This document shows positions 7,933-11,201 of a DNA stretch of 11,201 nucleotides, in pieces. Positions within the stretch are counted from its first letter, which is position 1. Each line of letters opens with the position of its first letter. The position numbers were made by a program, and so were the translations under genes. The notes below the pieces were generated by a model. That model did not search any database and was not told the origin of the DNA. It worked only from the letters and a program-made list of their open reading frames with translations. The DNA is from Candidatus Heimdallarchaeota archaeon. GTDB lineage: Archaea > Asgardarchaeota > Heimdallarchaeia > Heimdallarchaeales > Kariarchaeaceae. The DNA lies in the NCBI GenBank assembly GCA_015523565.1, contig WAKA01000212.1:1-11201 (forward strand). Reading direction: 5' to 3'.

Positions 7933-8670
7933 GTGACAATCACGGAATATGCTCTTTTCCAATCTTTTTTCATCATCACCTTCGGTATCCTGACCATCAA
8001 GCTTGCCGAAGGACACCTGAAAAAGAGGGACGTCATCAACGCGGCACTCTTCGGCTTCTTTGGATGGCTGATTGCATTTGTACGGATTATCCCCATCCAA
8101 ATCTATCAAATCATCGTTCTTTCCCTCAATGGCGTCAACTATTTGGACAGGCAGGAGCTATTGAATTCACCTGTCATATATTCCTACCAGTTCAACATCA
8201 TCGGTCCTCTCCTTTCAGGACTGTTTGAAGAACCCATCAGATACTTCTTCCTTAGGGAGGCAGTGCGGACAATTGACCAAGCCAGCCGCAAACGGGCAAC
8301 CATCATCTTTGGATTGGCTTGGGCATATGCAGAGATCGCAATCTTGTCATTGGACATACTGTCCGAAAATACCATTCCGTTTTCATCATTGCTGCTGTCA
8401 GGATACGAACGTATAGTTGCCACCATCTTCCACGTTGCCCTCAGCCGTTTCTCCCTTTATCTGATCAATTTCAACTTCAAAAAAGGAATCTTTGAGGCGA
8501 TTGCCGTACATGACTCCGTGAACCTCATCGCATTGGTCATGTTGCTGGAATTGCAGGACAACCCCCTGCAACTTTACATCATCGAAGGGGTATTCACCGT
8601 CATTGTCATCGCATATATAGTCTACCTCCATTTCCGATTGCCAAGACAACCACCACGACAAGATTTATAG
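7933..8670 (+). CDS. YhfC-family (PrsW/CPBP-superfamily) glutamic-type intramembrane protease
   Basis: 245 aa with multiple TM segments and motifs SGLFEEPIRY (EExxR), FGLAWAYAE, YERIVATIFHVALS and AIAVHDSVN (HxxxN). GTG start. Confidence 0.8.
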   Translation: MTITEYALFQSFFIITFGILTIKLAEGHLKKRDVINAALFGFFGWLIAFVRIIPIQIYQIIVLSLNGVNYLDRQELLNSPVIYSYQFNIIGPLLSGLFEEPIRYFFLREAVRTIDQASRKRATIIFGLAWAYAEIAILSLDILSENTIPFSSLLLSGYERIVATIFHVALSRFSLYLINFNFKKGIFEAIAVHDSVNLIALVMLLELQDNPLQLYIIEGVFTVIVIAYIVYLHFRLPRQPPRQDL

Positions 8671-8862
8671 TAAGTCACCATGAATTTCTTGAAAAGATAA
8701 AATACAAATTCTCTCCTCATTCTCCTTTTGTCGAACAATTCAGGAAGACAATTCCAGAAACTATAAAAAATTCACCCAAACGGCATTCACTGCATAGTAT
8801 TGAATGGATTTTTGACTGACTGCAAGCAACGACAGGAAACATTTTTCTAGACACGGGTCAAA

Positions 8863-9855
8863 TTGACAAACATGGCAAAAAAGTGGTATCAGGAAGCATT
8901 CACGCAGTTAAGAAAGCCAAACTGGATTGAAATGACGGTTTCATTGCTTCTGCTGACTGGAGGGGTTTTTCTCACGTTATTCAAGTTCAGGGGTGAAAAG
9001 CCCCTCGACATCATTCTGATGTATATTGTCCTATTTTTGGGGACATTACTTGGATTGTTTTTCTGGATGAAATTCACCCGCAGGTTTTTCGTGAAGCTAT
9101 TGCACCTTATCGCGGTCAACAGGGTCGCAAAAATCTTTGTCAGTGGTGGGTCAATAACCTTCAAGGAGTACCAAGATCCCAACATGAGGGTGGTCAAGGC
9201 AAAATTCACGCAACCCCTTGGATTGACAATAGGTTCAACAATCACTTTTCTCGGCATTGCAGTGACCATAATCGGCATTCTTAGAAAGATAATGCAAGTT
9301 GACCTTTCATCCGCCCTATTTTGGACTGCAATAGGGGCAGTCACCCCCATCCTCGCCACTCCGCTCCTTCCCGTTGTTTGGGCAATGGATGATGCAAAGA
9401 TAAAGGCATGGTCTGAGAAGAACCATACTGCATGGACAGTGGCGAGCAAGTACAAGAGAAGGTTCAATTCCATCCTTTCAATAGCCGCAATCTTCAGCAA
9501 CCTGAACAAAGGCATCACCGAACAGGGATTTGACCAGATCAAAATTCTTGGAGATATCATCTTGACAGGGGCGGTGGTCATGCTCATTCCCGTAGGGATT
9601 CTTGTCTTTTTCCACTATTCGTTCTTCAGGTCTTACCTCAGAAGATACACATCCGACATTGAGGGAATTGAGACGTATAAGATCCAATTGGTCAAACAGG
9701 TTGGTAAAGAGACAGATACGAAAACAAGTGAAGTCGAGGAAACAGAAGACAAAGGAGGAGAAGCAAAGGTAACCAATGAAAAGAAGGCAATGGAGAAGAA
9801 AGAGCCAGAAAAAAATTCCATTAAAAAAATAGATAAAGGAAAACCCCATGACTAA
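8863..9855 (+). CDS. Hypothetical integral membrane protein (about 5-6 TM) with a charged low-complexity C-terminal tail
   Basis: 330-aa ORF with alternating hydrophobic segments and basic loops, ending in an E/K/T-rich tail of ~50 aa. Start is TTG 8863 or ATG 8872. No family was recognised. Confidence 0.8.
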   Translation: MTNMAKKWYQEAFTQLRKPNWIEMTVSLLLLTGGVFLTLFKFRGEKPLDIILMYIVLFLGTLLGLFFWMKFTRRFFVKLLHLIAVNRVAKIFVSGGSITFKEYQDPNMRVVKAKFTQPLGLTIGSTITFLGIAVTIIGILRKIMQVDLSSALFWTAIGAVTPILATPLLPVVWAMDDAKIKAWSEKNHTAWTVASKYKRRFNSILSIAAIFSNLNKGITEQGFDQIKILGDIILTGAVVMLIPVGILVFFHYSFFRSYLRRYTSDIEGIETYKIQLVKQVGKETDTKTSEVEETEDKGGEAKVTNEKKAMEKKEPEKNSIKKIDKGKPHD

Positions 9856-9945
9856 TTCCAATGGAATTCAAATTCAGGGTTCGTCTCCTTCTGATCCTTA
9901 CCTATTTCGACGATACTTCGGATCACAAGTGATCAGTAGCCAACC

Positions 9946-10521
9946 TCAGCAGATGGAAGAGGAAATCGTGGCAGTCGTCCGAAACCTGATGAAGAAACTA
10001 CGAATTTTCATAAGAGATGCCTTTTGTCGTTCAGTTGCGTATGCCATCATATCATTTGTGATTTGGTAAATGCTGATGCCAACGAAAATGAAAAACAGCG
10101 GCACACTTGCTTGGATGAAAAAAGGAAATTCACCTTTTAGAGCCGTCCCGATTGTCCTCGATAGGGACAGGAAAATAAAGATGGCTGTTATAGTGCCTAA
10201 GATTGCACCCACTGCCAATCATTTTGCATTATACGTTGTTGATCGATAGTTCTCTAAAATCATGATACCGAGGTATCCCGTGAATATGCCCCCTAAAGCA
10301 ATTGTGTCACTCAGCATCTCTCTTTCGGGATAAAGCAGGATGCCCCATAGCTGAAAAATAGAAATCAAAAGCCTAATTGTAAAAAAAGTAAGAAAGAGCA
10401 GTCCAACGTTAGCATTCTCTTTGCTATAGATTTCCCAAGTCCGTTTAAGGTAAAAGGAGTTCACAAGGAAATCGATTAGGATTATGACAACTACGGAGTA
10501 TTGTAAATATGGTGGGATCAT
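9946..10521 (-). pseudogene. Truncated paralog of the 7TM protein at 3974-5079, with an internal TGA (10221-10219) and loss of TM6-7 and the C-terminal domain
   Basis: ORFs 10219-10521 and 9946-10218 are contiguous and in frame. Shared blocks are DFLVN-x-FYLK, FFTIR, YPEREMLSDT-x-ALG-x-IFTGYLGIMILE and FIQASVPLFF. YNAK*LAVG aligns with YDGRRLAVG. Similarity stops after KIRSFFI (~9988). Confidence 0.85.
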
Positions 10522-10603
10522 GTAATCTTTTACCCCTAAACTATAAGCACCTTTTCCTATAAAATGAATCCCTTTCTCTTGATAAAACCAGATTTATCAC
10601 TGA

Positions 10604-11077
10604 GATTTCAGAATATGTCACAATAACCGTCTGAAGCAGAAAAGAGTTTCCATCGTTCCCATCACCCATTCCGCAGGCATCTCCTCCACAGGGTCCAAGG
10701 AGCAGGATCAACTGCTACCCTTCGAGGAGAAGTACAATATCTCGGAAAAGGTAGTCATTGCAATCAATTCTGCCATCAACTCAGGGAAAAGGGTGATCGC
10801 TCTGGGAACGACTGTGATTCGTGCAGTCGAAAGTGCTGTGGTGGACGGAAAGGTGATGGCAGGTACAGCCTTCACGACCCTGAAGATAGACTGGCAATTT
10901 AGACCACAAGTGATCACAGGCATCATTACGGGTATGCAAGTACCCAATGAATCCCACATCCAGATCCTTGAGGCATTTTCGGACAAGGTCTATGAAGCCT
11001 ACCACATAGCAAAGCTCGACGGGTTCTTCTGACACGAGTATGGGAATGTTGGACTTTTTTTGACAGGGAACCTTTGA
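10604..11077 (+). pseudogene. queA: C-terminal remnant of a QueA-like S-adenosylmethionine:tRNA ribosyltransferase-isomerase
   Basis: The frame reads LKQKRVSIVPITHSAGISSTG...PFEEKYNISEKVVIAINSAINSGKRVIALGTTVIRAVESA...ITGMQVPNESHIQILEAF...FF*HEYGNVGLFL. The N-terminal half is absent, with in-frame stops at 10601-10603 and upstream. TGA at 11030-11032 sits at the W of the WHE(F/Y)GD motif. Confidence 0.85.
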
Positions 11078-11201
11078 GAGCAAACAGGGAATTAATTATA
11101 AATTACTAACCTTTATTTACATTTAAACCAGAAAATGATAACAAAGTGTTTGGTTAAAAAATTCAATTTGTGAAAAGTGTTATGAATATGTTACATAATC
11201 A

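Noticed and set aside
8889-9861. Antisense ORFs 8889-9587 and 9478-9861, and the other short ORFs nested in or opposite the main genes
   Set aside because: These are shadow frames of well-supported CDSs and have no recognisable motifs.
10219-11032. TGA reassigned to Trp (genetic code 4) or Sec, suggested by in-frame TGA at 10221-10219 and 11030-11032
   Set aside because: The long intact genes contain many Trp residues with no internal TGA, and thrA and vapB end at TGA in the expected places. Both TGA-containing genes are independently truncated, and the aligned residues are Arg and Trp rather than Cys.

Overview
The window is probably archaeal, most likely Asgard/Heimdallarchaeia-like. This is an inference from a 7TM plus longin/roadblock-like protein family, an archaeal-type VapBC pair, a TATA/BRE-like element close to a start codon and a eukaryote-like M20 dipeptidase. 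Intact genes are the 3' part of a GltD/NfnB-like flavoprotein, a bifunctional aspartokinase/homoserine dehydrogenase (thrA), vapB-vapC, a CNDP2/Dug1-like M20 dipeptidase, a YhfC-type intramembrane protease and an unknown membrane protein. Much of the rest is rearranged or decaying DNA. It includes three pieces of one 7TM-receptor-like gene family whose lesions and breakpoints fall in the same ~45-bp segment, an AT-rich vapBC island bracketed by ~65-bp direct repeats with no recombinase in view, and a 5'-truncated QueA-like relic. No rRNA, tRNA, CRISPR array or transposase was recognised. All alignments were done by eye.
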